From the IMG/VR virus record IMGVR_UViG_3300025009_000058: 64,000 nt of DNA. The stretch is one strand, 5' to 3'. The notes under the pieces were generated by a model, which was given only the letters and a program-made list of their open reading frames with translations, had not been told where the DNA came from and made no database searches. This DNA is from a virus (taxonomy: Duplodnaviria; Heunggongvirae; Uroviricota; Caudoviricetes). Within the stretch, counting starts at the first letter, position 1. Every line of letters begins with the position of its first letter. Shown here piece by piece: positions 54,850-63,742 of the stretch. A program made the position numbers and the translations under genes.

Positions 54850-55606
54850 AATCCTAGTAAATCAAGTTTATCAATGTGATAATCTATACTTACTCAAAGA
54901 ATTACCAAGTAAGTGTATAGATTTGATATATGGGGATGTGTTATTTGGTACTGGAAAAGATTTTAAGGAGTTTAAAGATTTAAAACCTGTGAGATTAGAC
55001 ATATTGGAATTCTATACTCCAAGATTAATAGAAATGCATAGGGTTCTTAAACCAACTGGTTTATTATACTTTCATTGTGATTCAATCATTTCCCATTGGA
55101 TAAGAATACTTATTGATGGTATTTTTGGTGATCATAATTTCAGAAATGAAATAATATGGTACTATAATTCTGCACCTCGTAAGAAAAAAGATTTTGGAAA
55201 AAGACATGATACTATATTAAGATATACAAAAACTGAGAACTATTATTTCAACCCAGATTCTAAATATGTAAGACAACCATATTCAGAAACTGCACCAAGA
55301 GGTTATGATAAAGAAAAATATTATGATCAAAGAGGTAAAATATTAGACGATGTATGGACCATTTCAATTCTAGGTCAAAATGATAAAACAGAGAGAACTG
55401 GTTACCCTACTCAAAAGCCAAAATCTTTATTATATCCAATTATAGACTCAAGTTGTCCAAGTGATGGAGTATTCTTTGATCCTTTTGTTGGTTCAGGAAC
55501 TTCTGTTGTTGTTGCAAAAGAATTAAATATAGATTTCATTGGGTGTGACATAAATCATAATGCTATTTCTTATACTATAGAGAGGTTAAAGAATGTTAAT
55601 TGCTGA
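54842..55606 (+). CDS. Beta-class N6A/N4C DNA methyltransferase-like protein with a degenerate DPPY motif
   Basis: The C-terminal YPTQKPKSLL...FFDPFVGSGTSVVVA is present. The N-terminal IDLIYGDVLFG aligns to VDLIFADPPYN, so the catalytic Pro-Pro-Tyr is replaced by Val-Leu-Phe. Confidence 0.6.
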   Translation: MNEILVNQVYQCDNLYLLKELPSKCIDLIYGDVLFGTGKDFKEFKDLKPVRLDILEFYTPRLIEMHRVLKPTGLLYFHCDSIISHWIRILIDGIFGDHNFRNEIIWYYNSAPRKKKDFGKRHDTILRYTKTENYYFNPDSKYVRQPYSETAPRGYDKEKYYDQRGKILDDVWTISILGQNDKTERTGYPTQKPKSLLYPIIDSSCPSDGVFFDPFVGSGTSVVVAKELNIDFIGCDINHNAISYTIERLKNVNC

Positions 55607-55895
55607 CATAATTAAATTAGCGGAATCAGATTTTTCAGAGTGTTTGGAAACATTAAGAAAAAAGGGGAATGACTATGCTGCAGAGATTGATGGTCTTTCT
55701 AATTTTAAATATTCCGGTGATTTTGCTGGAGTTACACAAGAGCAATCTTGTAAAGTACTAATTGGTACTAAGCTTGCAAGATTAAGAGAATTAACTAATA
55801 ATCCAAACAAAGTTGTTGCAAATGAATCAGTAAATGATACTATCAAAGATTTAATAAATTATTTAATCTTATGGAAAAGTATTAGAAATGAGTAA
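55593..55895 (+). CDS. Hypothetical protein
   Basis: 100-aa ORF. Confidence 0.4.
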   Translation: MLIADIIKLAESDFSECLETLRKKGNDYAAEIDGLSNFKYSGDFAGVTQEQSCKVLIGTKLARLRELTNNPNKVVANESVNDTIKDLINYLILWKSIRNE

Positions 55896-56910
55896 AATTC
55901 TAAGCACTAAAGATGAATTAATACCACATCCAATATCGAAAGTTTCTTTTGGTAGTATCTATTGTGGAGCAGGTTTTCCTATTTTAGGAGCACTTTGGGC
56001 AGGTATGAATGCTAGATGGGGTCTAGAACCACGACCTTATTTTAATATAAAAACTTTCCGTAGCAATTTTCAATCTATTATGTATTCAAGTGAACTGGAA
56101 GCTTTTCATCAATACCCAGTTGATGTTATTTGGGGAAGTCCAAGTTGTGGAGAGATATCATCAAGTTCTAGAAATTCCAAGAATGCAAAAACTATGGCTA
56201 TGAAAGAATTTCAAGATTTTGAATATGTAAGATTTATATTAGAAATTATTGCTAGAAAACCAAAAGTATTCATTCTTGAAAATATACCTTCTGTGAAAAA
56301 CTTTGTTCAATTTAATTCTACTCCTGCTGGATTTATATTAAAGCATCAAATCTCAAAAGAAGAAGTTCCTCTGTATGATTATTATATTGAAGAGCATAGG
56401 ATTACCCCAACTGAAGTTGGTATACCTCAAGTGAGAGATAGGCTATTTACAATTGGTAGTAGATTTCCTTTTAGGTTTATGTTAGAACCACCAGAAAAAG
56501 ATTATAGAGCTGAACTATCTATTGGGCCTATCTTTGAAGAACTTGATGACCTTAGAAGACAAGGTGTTACTTTACATAATGATCATTTTCCAAAACATTC
56601 AGAAGAAAAAATTGAAAAAATGTCTCGTATTCGTCCTGGAGAAGGTCTCTACGGAGGAATCAACAACAAAAGACTGGACTCAACAAAATGTGGTCCAGTT
56701 ATCATGTCTTCAGCAACTAGGTACATACATCCTTGGGAACATAGACTCCTTACAGGAAGAGAATCAGCATGCCTTATGGGACTACCTTTAGACTTCTTGT
56801 TTATTGGAAGCGAAAATAAAGTATTAGATCAGATAGGGAAAGGTATTGTACCACAAGTTGGTGAATATATTCTAAAACAAGTAAAAAAGTATTTGGAAAA
56901 AGAGTCATGA
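55888..56910 (+). CDS. DNA C5-cytosine methyltransferase-fold protein, paralog 2
   Basis: IYCGAGFPILGA, GSPSCGEISSSS (PC), ILENIPSV (ENV), QVRDRLF (QxRxR) and LLTGRESACLMGLPLDFLF are present. Confidence 0.65.
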   Translation: MSKILSTKDELIPHPISKVSFGSIYCGAGFPILGALWAGMNARWGLEPRPYFNIKTFRSNFQSIMYSSELEAFHQYPVDVIWGSPSCGEISSSSRNSKNAKTMAMKEFQDFEYVRFILEIIARKPKVFILENIPSVKNFVQFNSTPAGFILKHQISKEEVPLYDYYIEEHRITPTEVGIPQVRDRLFTIGSRFPFRFMLEPPEKDYRAELSIGPIFEELDDLRRQGVTLHNDHFPKHSEEKIEKMSRIRPGEGLYGGINNKRLDSTKCGPVIMSSATRYIHPWEHRLLTGRESACLMGLPLDFLFIGSENKVLDQIGKGIVPQVGEYILKQVKKYLEKES

Positions 56911-57203
56911 GAAATAATGTCCAGATTATATCAGAATATAAGCTAAAGAGTAATTCAATACGGAAAGGTTTTTATTTAAGTCAAGTATTGATAACATGGT
57001 TAATATTAGATAAGTTTAACCCATCTACAGTAATAAGTACAATTTATTATGTATTAGTAGCACTTTTTCTAGTAATAAGATTAGTTTACATTACACAAAT
57101 TGAAAAAGAGATGTCATTAGAAAGCTTGGTATATGGTATTTTAAAAAATGTTAGTGATAATAAATCAATTAAATCAATTAATGATATTATAAATAAAAAT
57201 TAA
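56907..57203 (+). CDS. Small membrane protein
   Basis: 98 aa with two TM helices. Confidence 0.4.
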   Translation: MRNNVQIISEYKLKSNSIRKGFYLSQVLITWLILDKFNPSTVISTIYYVLVALFLVIRLVYITQIEKEMSLESLVYGILKNVSDNKSIKSINDIINKN

Positions 57204-57214
57204 AGGAAATAGTA

Positions 57215-59083
57215 ATGAATAAAATAAGTACTGAACAATTCAAGAAAGCTACTTCAGAGATAATGAAAGGTATAAATACCCCTCATAATAGAGAGATTGT
57301 TAAAGAATATTATAGAGGTAATGAGAATGTATGGCTTGATTCAGCAAATAATCCTTTAATAAGACCTAGACTTGATTTTGTAAAAAATGCAGTATCAACT
57401 CTTAGTGCTGTAAAAGGTAAAGATATCAAAATTCTTGATATTGGAGCTTGGTCTGGTTTGTTTTCAAATGAGCTTAAAATGTTGGGTTATAATAAAGTTC
57501 AATGTCTTGAATTAAATGTAAAGGCATGTCACTTAGGAGAATTTAGATATGCTTTACCCTACATCAATGCAGATGTTGAAACATATAAAACATTTGAAAA
57601 GTTTGATGTTATCATAATGGGAGAGATTATTGAACATTTAATCAATCCAGCTGAGACAATTAATAAAGTTAAATCTTGGTTATCTGATAATGGACTTTTA
57701 TTAATAACTATACCAAGAGAAGAACATATGTGGCCAGGAGTTACTGGAAATCCAGCAGATGAAGGATCTGAGCATATTAACCAGATATCAATTGAGGATC
57801 TTGAAAAACTAGGTATGGTTATTACAGATACTATAACCGCTGCTAACAATGAAATGTCATGGCATGTTGGGTATATAGTGAATTCAGTTATTGAAACAAA
57901 ATTGAAAGAACCAGAAAAACCAACGTTTCACCTATTAGGCTTAGCAGATTATAAACTTGGATGGGAAGAAGCACCTAATAATCCATTCAATACTAAAATT
58001 ATTTATATGTGCAGGATGCTTAAAGAATTAGACTATAAAGTAATTGTTTATGGTGTTGAAGGAAGCAAAATTGATGAGAAGATTGATGAATTTGTTTCTG
58101 TTGTTTCTGAGAGCATGCATAATAAAATACATGGCAAAAGAGATAAAAATGCTCTTGACCATCTAACTAATCAAGAAGGTCTTGATTTTGAAGCTTTTAT
58201 TAAGAATACAATTGAAAGTCTTGAGTCAAGAGTTAAAAAGCATGATTTTATTCTAAATTTCTTTGGGGATGCTTTTAGACCTATCACAGATGTCTATGCA
58301 TCTCATTGTATTTGTATTGAACCTGGAATAGGACATGGTGGATCATATTTACCGGATAGAATTTTTGAATCATACACATGGGCAACAGCTTGTTACTATA
58401 GGTGGAATAAAAACTCTCCCTCATATTTTCCAAACAACTATGATTATGTTATCCCAGCATATTTTAATGTAGATGATTACCCATTTGAAGCAGAGAAAGA
58501 TGATTATTATGTATTCTTGGGAAGGAAAACTTGGGGTAAAGGCTTATCAGTTGCTATTGATGTCACTCACCAATTAGGCAAAAAACTTGTAGTTATAGGC
58601 GGTGGTAGTATATTTGATCCTGACATTCAAGCGGGTTCAGTATATAAAGTATTTGATCATGTAGTTGAAGTAGGAGTATTACCACTTAAGCAAAAAGTTA
58701 AATACTTATCAAAAGCTAAAGCTCTAATCTATTTTAGTCTATATGTTGAGCCATTTGGTCATGCTCCAATTGAAGCCATGTTATGTGGTACTCCAATTAT
58801 TACCAGTGACTATGGAGCTTTTGTTGAAACAAACCTCCATGGAATAACTGGTTATAGATGTAAAACTATGAATGATATTTACTGGGCTTGTAAATCATCT
58901 GAGAAGCTTAATCCAGAAAAGATAAGAAAATATGCTGTTGAAAATTATGGGTTAGAGAACATAAAAGAAATGTTTAAAAGATATTTTAAAGATACTCATG
59001 ATTTAAGAACAGGAAAAGCAGACTGGTATACAATTGACAAACAAAATCCTGCAAACCTTGAATATCTAAGGAAAAAAATATGA
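57215..59083 (+). CDS. Bifunctional class-I SAM methyltransferase / GT-B glycosyltransferase fusion
   Basis: The N-terminal MTase has motif I ILDIGAWSGLF and motif II FDVIIMGEIIEHL. The C-terminal GT1/GT4 has the motif EPFGHAPIEAMLCGTPIITSDYGAFVE. Confidence 0.65.
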   Translation: MNKISTEQFKKATSEIMKGINTPHNREIVKEYYRGNENVWLDSANNPLIRPRLDFVKNAVSTLSAVKGKDIKILDIGAWSGLFSNELKMLGYNKVQCLELNVKACHLGEFRYALPYINADVETYKTFEKFDVIIMGEIIEHLINPAETINKVKSWLSDNGLLLITIPREEHMWPGVTGNPADEGSEHINQISIEDLEKLGMVITDTITAANNEMSWHVGYIVNSVIETKLKEPEKPTFHLLGLADYKLGWEEAPNNPFNTKIIYMCRMLKELDYKVIVYGVEGSKIDEKIDEFVSVVSESMHNKIHGKRDKNALDHLTNQEGLDFEAFIKNTIESLESRVKKHDFILNFFGDAFRPITDVYASHCICIEPGIGHGGSYLPDRIFESYTWATACYYRWNKNSPSYFPNNYDYVIPAYFNVDDYPFEAEKDDYYVFLGRKTWGKGLSVAIDVTHQLGKKLVVIGGGSIFDPDIQAGSVYKVFDHVVEVGVLPLKQKVKYLSKAKALIYFSLYVEPFGHAPIEAMLCGTPIITSDYGAFVETNLHGITGYRCKTMNDIYWACKSSEKLNPEKIRKYAVENYGLENIKEMFKRYFKDTHDLRTGKADWYTIDKQNPANLEYLRKKI

Positions 59084-61203
59084 AAAATAAGATTGCAATT
59101 TTAGTAATTAATTATGAAACCCCAGAATTAACAAAAAACTTAATGAATCAAATTAAGACATTTGATGAATCAAAGTTTGATTTAACTATTTGGGATAATA
59201 GTTCTTCAAATAAGATGACAGAAGCTACTGAACTTAGCACCCGTAATCTTGGATTCGATCAAACTGTATTAAAATGGTTAAGCTGTAAAGAAGATTATGC
59301 TGGATATTGGCTTTTAAATAGTGATTGTGTTTTGGATTTACAATATAATTACTTAGATAAATTCTTAAATTTGATTAATCATGCTGATAATATTGGTATA
59401 GTCACAACAAAGGTTAATGACACTCTTAATGGATTTATATCTCCCCAGAGAATTACACAAAAGGGTATATTTCTCACTAGATATTCTGATTTGCAATCTG
59501 CAGTTTTGTCAAATTCATTTGTAAAAGCTTTCTTAAAAGGTTTAAAAGGGAAAAAATTAAATTACTTTCATGGCGGATTAGATTTAGATTTTGCATTATT
59601 TGCTGAACGAGAAAATTTCTTAATATTAGTAGATTCTACTATGGAAATCAATCATTTGGTTGGAAAATCAACGGATAAAGCGATACCCATTAATGATTTT
59701 ACCAATTTCTTGATTGAAAGGTTTGGTAATTTATCAATACTTGACAAATATACCAATTCTACTGATACTATTAGATTTAATGAAGGTAATGCAGAACTAT
59801 TAAGTGCTACTTTGATTGAAAGATATTCAATGCCTGTACCAGAAAATAAAACACCTTTAAAAGCAGTCATTGAATTAAAATCAAAAAAACTACAAGGACA
59901 AATGGTAGATTGGGGAATTATTAATTTTAATAACGGAATTAAGCTTTTTAATGAAATTAAATATGCAGAAGCTATTCCATATCTTAAAATAGCTGCTTAT
60001 GCAGGAATACATCAAGCATATGCATATTTAAGTAGTTGTTATGATCAGACTGGTCGATTCTCAGAAGGATCTGAGTTTTTTAAACCATTAGTTAATCTAG
60101 AAGTTTATGATGATGTTAGGTCAAGGTATGAATATTTAACTGCTCAAAGAGACACTTATGAAGTTGTAAAAAGAAAACAACAGTTAATAGTTTTCTATGT
60201 AAAACCTGATGCTGGGCATACTTGGGACGCAGATAACACTGAGAAAGGAATTGGCGGATCTGAAATTGCAGTAATACAACTTTCAAAAGAACTTGCTAAA
60301 TTAGGTCACTTAGTTTATGTTTTTAATAATTGTGGTAATCCAAAAATCATTGATGGTGTAGCTTGGGAACCTATAGAGAAATTTGATGCTTTTGAAAAGA
60401 TAAATGAAATACATACTTTAATAGTGTCAAGATTACCAGAATTTAGATTTGTGAATCCAAAGACTAAAGTTTATTTTTGGGCTCATGATTTAAACTATTA
60501 TAACAGGATTAATCCTATTAATATAAACTATTTTGATAAATTTTTAGTGTTATCAAGATATCATTATAGATTCTTTACGGCTGCATATCCATTTATACCT
60601 ACTAGTAAAATGGAGATTTTTGCTAATGGTTTAGATTTATCAAGATTTAACCAAAAAGTAGAAAGAATACCTACAAAATTAATATATTCAAGTAATCCAG
60701 ATAGAGGCATGACTGAGTTGATACCCATTTTTGAAGAACTAAAAAAATGGGATAATAGATTAGAATTACATGTTTTTGGATACTATCCAGATAATATTAG
60801 AAAACATCCAAATTATTGGAAAGAAACACCTGGATTAATTTATAGAGGATATCATAATCAGAAAGATCTTGCAAAAGAATATATGTCTAGTAAATTATGG
60901 TTATATCCTTGCACATGGTTAGAAACATTTTGTATTACAGCCATTGAAGCTCAAGCAGCAGGAACTCCAGCAGTTGCTTCAGATTGGGGTTGTTTGAGAG
61001 AAAGAGTTGGAAATGCCGGTATTATTGTTGATGGTTGGATAAAAAATAAAGACCATAGAGAAAATTTTATAAATGCTGTTAAACATTTATTAACCAATGA
61101 TATTGACTGGTATGATTATCATCAAAAAGGATTAGAACAGTCTAAGAACTTATCTTGGATTAATGTTGCAAAAAGATTCTTAGAATTGGGAGATAAATTA
61201 TGA
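59080..61203 (+). CDS. Multi-domain glycosyltransferase (GT2-like N-terminus, TPR-like middle, GT-B C-terminus)
   Basis: N-terminus IAILVINYET...DLTIWDNSSSN. C-terminus TFCITAIEAQAAGTPAVASDWGCLRERV (GT1/GT4 E..G..lEA.a.G.P motif). Confidence 0.6.
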   Translation: MKNKIAILVINYETPELTKNLMNQIKTFDESKFDLTIWDNSSSNKMTEATELSTRNLGFDQTVLKWLSCKEDYAGYWLLNSDCVLDLQYNYLDKFLNLINHADNIGIVTTKVNDTLNGFISPQRITQKGIFLTRYSDLQSAVLSNSFVKAFLKGLKGKKLNYFHGGLDLDFALFAERENFLILVDSTMEINHLVGKSTDKAIPINDFTNFLIERFGNLSILDKYTNSTDTIRFNEGNAELLSATLIERYSMPVPENKTPLKAVIELKSKKLQGQMVDWGIINFNNGIKLFNEIKYAEAIPYLKIAAYAGIHQAYAYLSSCYDQTGRFSEGSEFFKPLVNLEVYDDVRSRYEYLTAQRDTYEVVKRKQQLIVFYVKPDAGHTWDADNTEKGIGGSEIAVIQLSKELAKLGHLVYVFNNCGNPKIIDGVAWEPIEKFDAFEKINEIHTLIVSRLPEFRFVNPKTKVYFWAHDLNYYNRINPININYFDKFLVLSRYHYRFFTAAYPFIPTSKMEIFANGLDLSRFNQKVERIPTKLIYSSNPDRGMTELIPIFEELKKWDNRLELHVFGYYPDNIRKHPNYWKETPGLIYRGYHNQKDLAKEYMSSKLWLYPCTWLETFCITAIEAQAAGTPAVASDWGCLRERVGNAGIIVDGWIKNKDHRENFINAVKHLLTNDIDWYDYHQKGLEQSKNLSWINVAKRFLELGDKL

Positions 61204-61394
61204 CACAAGAACAAAAAGAGCAAGTTTCTGAATTTTTATTATATGAGATAGCATCTTCTCCATTTGCATCATTTATAGGGTTACATTATTTTCAAAACAT
61301 AACAGCAATATATTTTGCTTGGAAGGTTAAAAGAAAATTTAATAAATATTTATTATTTAAGGCTAAGAAAAATGGAATCAAACAGAGTAGTTAA
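61200..61394 (+). CDS. Hypothetical small protein
   Basis: 64-aa ORF coupled to the upstream GT. Confidence is low. Confidence 0.3.
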   Translation: MTQEQKEQVSEFLLYEIASSPFASFIGLHYFQNITAIYFAWKVKRKFNKYLLFKAKKNGIKQSS

Positions 61395-61627
61395 TACATA
61401 TTTAGGTATGATTGAAGATGAGAAAACTTGTTTAAAAGTAAACAAAGTCAAACTAAAATTAGCACTTCTAGGCTATGGTCAACATCAATTAGAGGGAATA
61501 GGATACGTAGGTATATTAGAAATGCTTATGAAAGAAGAGAAAAATAAACGTAGAATTATATTTATTCAATTAAAAATACTCTATTATAATTTTATTAAAT
61601 GGTTTCCTATTAAAATTAGTATAAGAA

Positions 61628-63019
61628 TTGAACACGAAAGAATTAAAAGATAAAGTAAAGATTGAAGATATCATATCTCAATATATAAAGATTGAGCGTG
61701 ACTCAAACTATTCTGACATGAGGGCACAATGCCCATTCCATGAGGGAGATCAAAATCCCTCTTTTAGTGTAAATGGTGTTAAACAACTTTTTTATTGCTT
61801 TGGGTGTAAAAAAGGTGGCGATGTATTTAAGTTTGTAGAATACATTGATAAAATTAATTTTCAAGAAAGTATAAAAAGAGTAGCAAAACTTGCAGGTATT
61901 GAAGTTGAACTTGGAGATCTAGATTTACTTAATCAAATCACTGAATATTACCACGAGCAGATCAATCTACCAAGAGGTATTAAGTTTTTAGATGATAGAG
62001 AAATTCCCGATGAGATGGCTATTGAATTTAAACTCGGCTATGCAAATGAAAATCTTTATGCTCTTTATAATGCTTTTCCAGATTTTAAACAACAGTTGAT
62101 AGATTTAAACTTCATTGATTCAAAATATGCAGGAACAGTAAACGAGATAAATCCTTCTAGATTTTCAAACAGGATTATGATTCCTATTACGTCGAACATT
62201 GGTACCATTGGATTTTCTGGCAGAACTTTAATTGACAGTGAAGATAAATATAAAAATATTAAAAATAATCGTTTCTTCAATAGGAGAGAAATGGTATTTG
62301 GTTTACCTCAAGCAAGAAAATCTATTATTGAGATGGGAAACTGCTATTTAGTAGAGGGCTTTCTTGGGAAAATAAGAATGCATCAAAGACATTATTTTAA
62401 TACGGTTTCTATCTTTGGTTCTGCATTAACTATTGAACAAGCAAGACTTATAAGGAGATATACTAATAAAGTAACATTTTTATTTGATGGAGATGAGGGA
62501 GGTTTTACAGCTTGTATGTTTTCTGCTAAGTCATGTATTATGGCAGGTTTAGATTTTGATATATTAATACTTCCAGATGGATTAGATCCTGATGATTATC
62601 TAAAAAAGTCAAAAAATAAAATAGAAACATTAGATAGTATTGATAAAGTAATCTTCTTGAAAGAAGTATTTATTAAATCAGATATACTAGATTGTGTTGA
62701 GAAAGCAGATAATATTGAAAAAATTCCAGTTGATATTATTGATGGCTTTAAGATTAATTTGGATATGGTAAGGAAAAACAGGACTACGTCAATTGTCAAA
62801 AACTACAATATGAAAAATCTGACAAAATTCTCCCACATGTTAATGCTTATTGAATCACACCCAAAACTTGAAGTTTTATTAACTGATGAAGAAAGAGTAG
62901 AAATTGATAAAGAAAAAAATAATATGGATTTATTAGAAAATATAATAGATGGTAATAATTTTTATACTAAAGTCAAAGATCCAGAAAAACTATTTAACAC
63001 AATGAGGAACTCAAAATGA
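61628..63019 (+). CDS. DnaG-type DNA primase
   Basis: Has the CHC2 zinc finger CPFHEGDQNPSFSV...CFGCKKGGDVFKF and a TOPRIM region (..YLVEGF.., FLFDGDEGG). Confidence 0.8.
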   Translation: MNTKELKDKVKIEDIISQYIKIERDSNYSDMRAQCPFHEGDQNPSFSVNGVKQLFYCFGCKKGGDVFKFVEYIDKINFQESIKRVAKLAGIEVELGDLDLLNQITEYYHEQINLPRGIKFLDDREIPDEMAIEFKLGYANENLYALYNAFPDFKQQLIDLNFIDSKYAGTVNEINPSRFSNRIMIPITSNIGTIGFSGRTLIDSEDKYKNIKNNRFFNRREMVFGLPQARKSIIEMGNCYLVEGFLGKIRMHQRHYFNTVSIFGSALTIEQARLIRRYTNKVTFLFDGDEGGFTACMFSAKSCIMAGLDFDILILPDGLDPDDYLKKSKNKIETLDSIDKVIFLKEVFIKSDILDCVEKADNIEKIPVDIIDGFKINLDMVRKNRTTSIVKNYNMKNLTKFSHMLMLIESHPKLEVLLTDEERVEIDKEKNNMDLLENIIDGNNFYTKVKDPEKLFNTMRNSK

Positions 63020-63474
63020 GTAGAATCACAAGACAGGATTATTTTATGGCTATTGCACAATTAACAGCATTAAGAGGAACTTGTAATAGATTACAAGTTG
63101 GTTGTGTTTTAGTAAATGATAATAGAATTGCTTCTGTGGGATATAATTCATCAGTAAAAGGCACAGCTCATTGTATAGATGTAGGCTGTTTAATGGTTGA
63201 TGGGCATTGTAAAAGATGTCCTCATGCTGAAGTAGCAGCAGTTGCTAACCTAACAAGAAGATATCCTCAACTAAAAGCATATATAACACATCAACCTTGT
63301 TTAGATTGTCTAAAATTACTTGTAACTGCAAATGTAACAGAAATATATTATATTAAGGAATATCAATCTGCTGAAAGAAACAGAGTACTTGATGAAATCT
63401 CTCAAGCTCATCCTAATTTTATTATGCAACAAATTATCCCAATAACTAATCTTTTATTAGGTAGTTCTAGGTGA
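63016..63474 (+). CDS. dCMP deaminase (CDA-fold)
   Basis: Zinc ligands CPHAEVAAV and HQPCLDCLKLL (HAE / PCxxC) are present. Confidence 0.75.
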   Translation: MSRITRQDYFMAIAQLTALRGTCNRLQVGCVLVNDNRIASVGYNSSVKGTAHCIDVGCLMVDGHCKRCPHAEVAAVANLTRRYPQLKAYITHQPCLDCLKLLVTANVTEIYYIKEYQSAERNRVLDEISQAHPNFIMQQIIPITNLLLGSSR

Positions 63475-63710
63475 AAAGGTATCTTGTAGTAGTTATAAAG
63501 AATAAAAAACCTATCACAGTAATAAATTCTTTTCTTGAAAAAGAAACTAAAATTGATGAGTTAGGAGAGATAAGTTATATTTATTATATTAATTTTGAAA
63601 ATCAAAAACATGTAGTTAAGTCTGCTACTATTGATTTGTCGAAAATTCCTTGTTGTAAGTTTAAAAATCTATACATTGAAATAATAGAAGAGTTTAAAAA
63701 TGACAGTTAA
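63471..63710 (+). CDS. Hypothetical protein
   Basis: 79-aa ORF. Confidence 0.4.
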   Translation: MKRYLVVVIKNKKPITVINSFLEKETKIDELGEISYIYYINFENQKHVVKSATIDLSKIPCCKFKNLYIEIIEEFKNDS

Positions 63711-63742
63711 TGAATGGTTAAATCAGCCTAAGGTAAATAAAG

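Noticed and set aside
61315-61653. 112-aa ORF overlapping the primase start
   Set aside because: Its 3' end runs 26 nt into the well-supported primase gene. It has an Ile/Lys-rich low-complexity translation and no RBS. It is probably spurious.
810-62799. Many track ORFs antisense to or nested inside better-supported genes. Examples: 810-1001+, 2747-2965+, 2992-3234-, 4664-4966+, 4743-4949+, 10118-10378+, 14723-14905+, 15582-15770-, 18937-19248+, 19657-19842+, 24495-24710+, 28935-29204+, 29155-29346+, 32147-32359+, 35499-35705-, 35663-35920+, 36216-36410+, 39334-39609+, 41001-41189+, 41209-41427+, 42768-42974-, 43702-43968-, 46858-47040-, 47718-47942-, 48468-48737-, 49089-49286-, 50796-50981-, 50978-51199-, 52957-53154-, 56522-56791+, 57559-57849-, 59652-59870-, 62065-62280-, 62596-62799-, 448-648-.
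   Set aside because: They overlap, on the opposite strand or in another frame, genes that have recognisable motifs or sit in a tight syntenic operon. Their translations are low-complexity and hydrophobic, as AT-rich antisense frames typically are.
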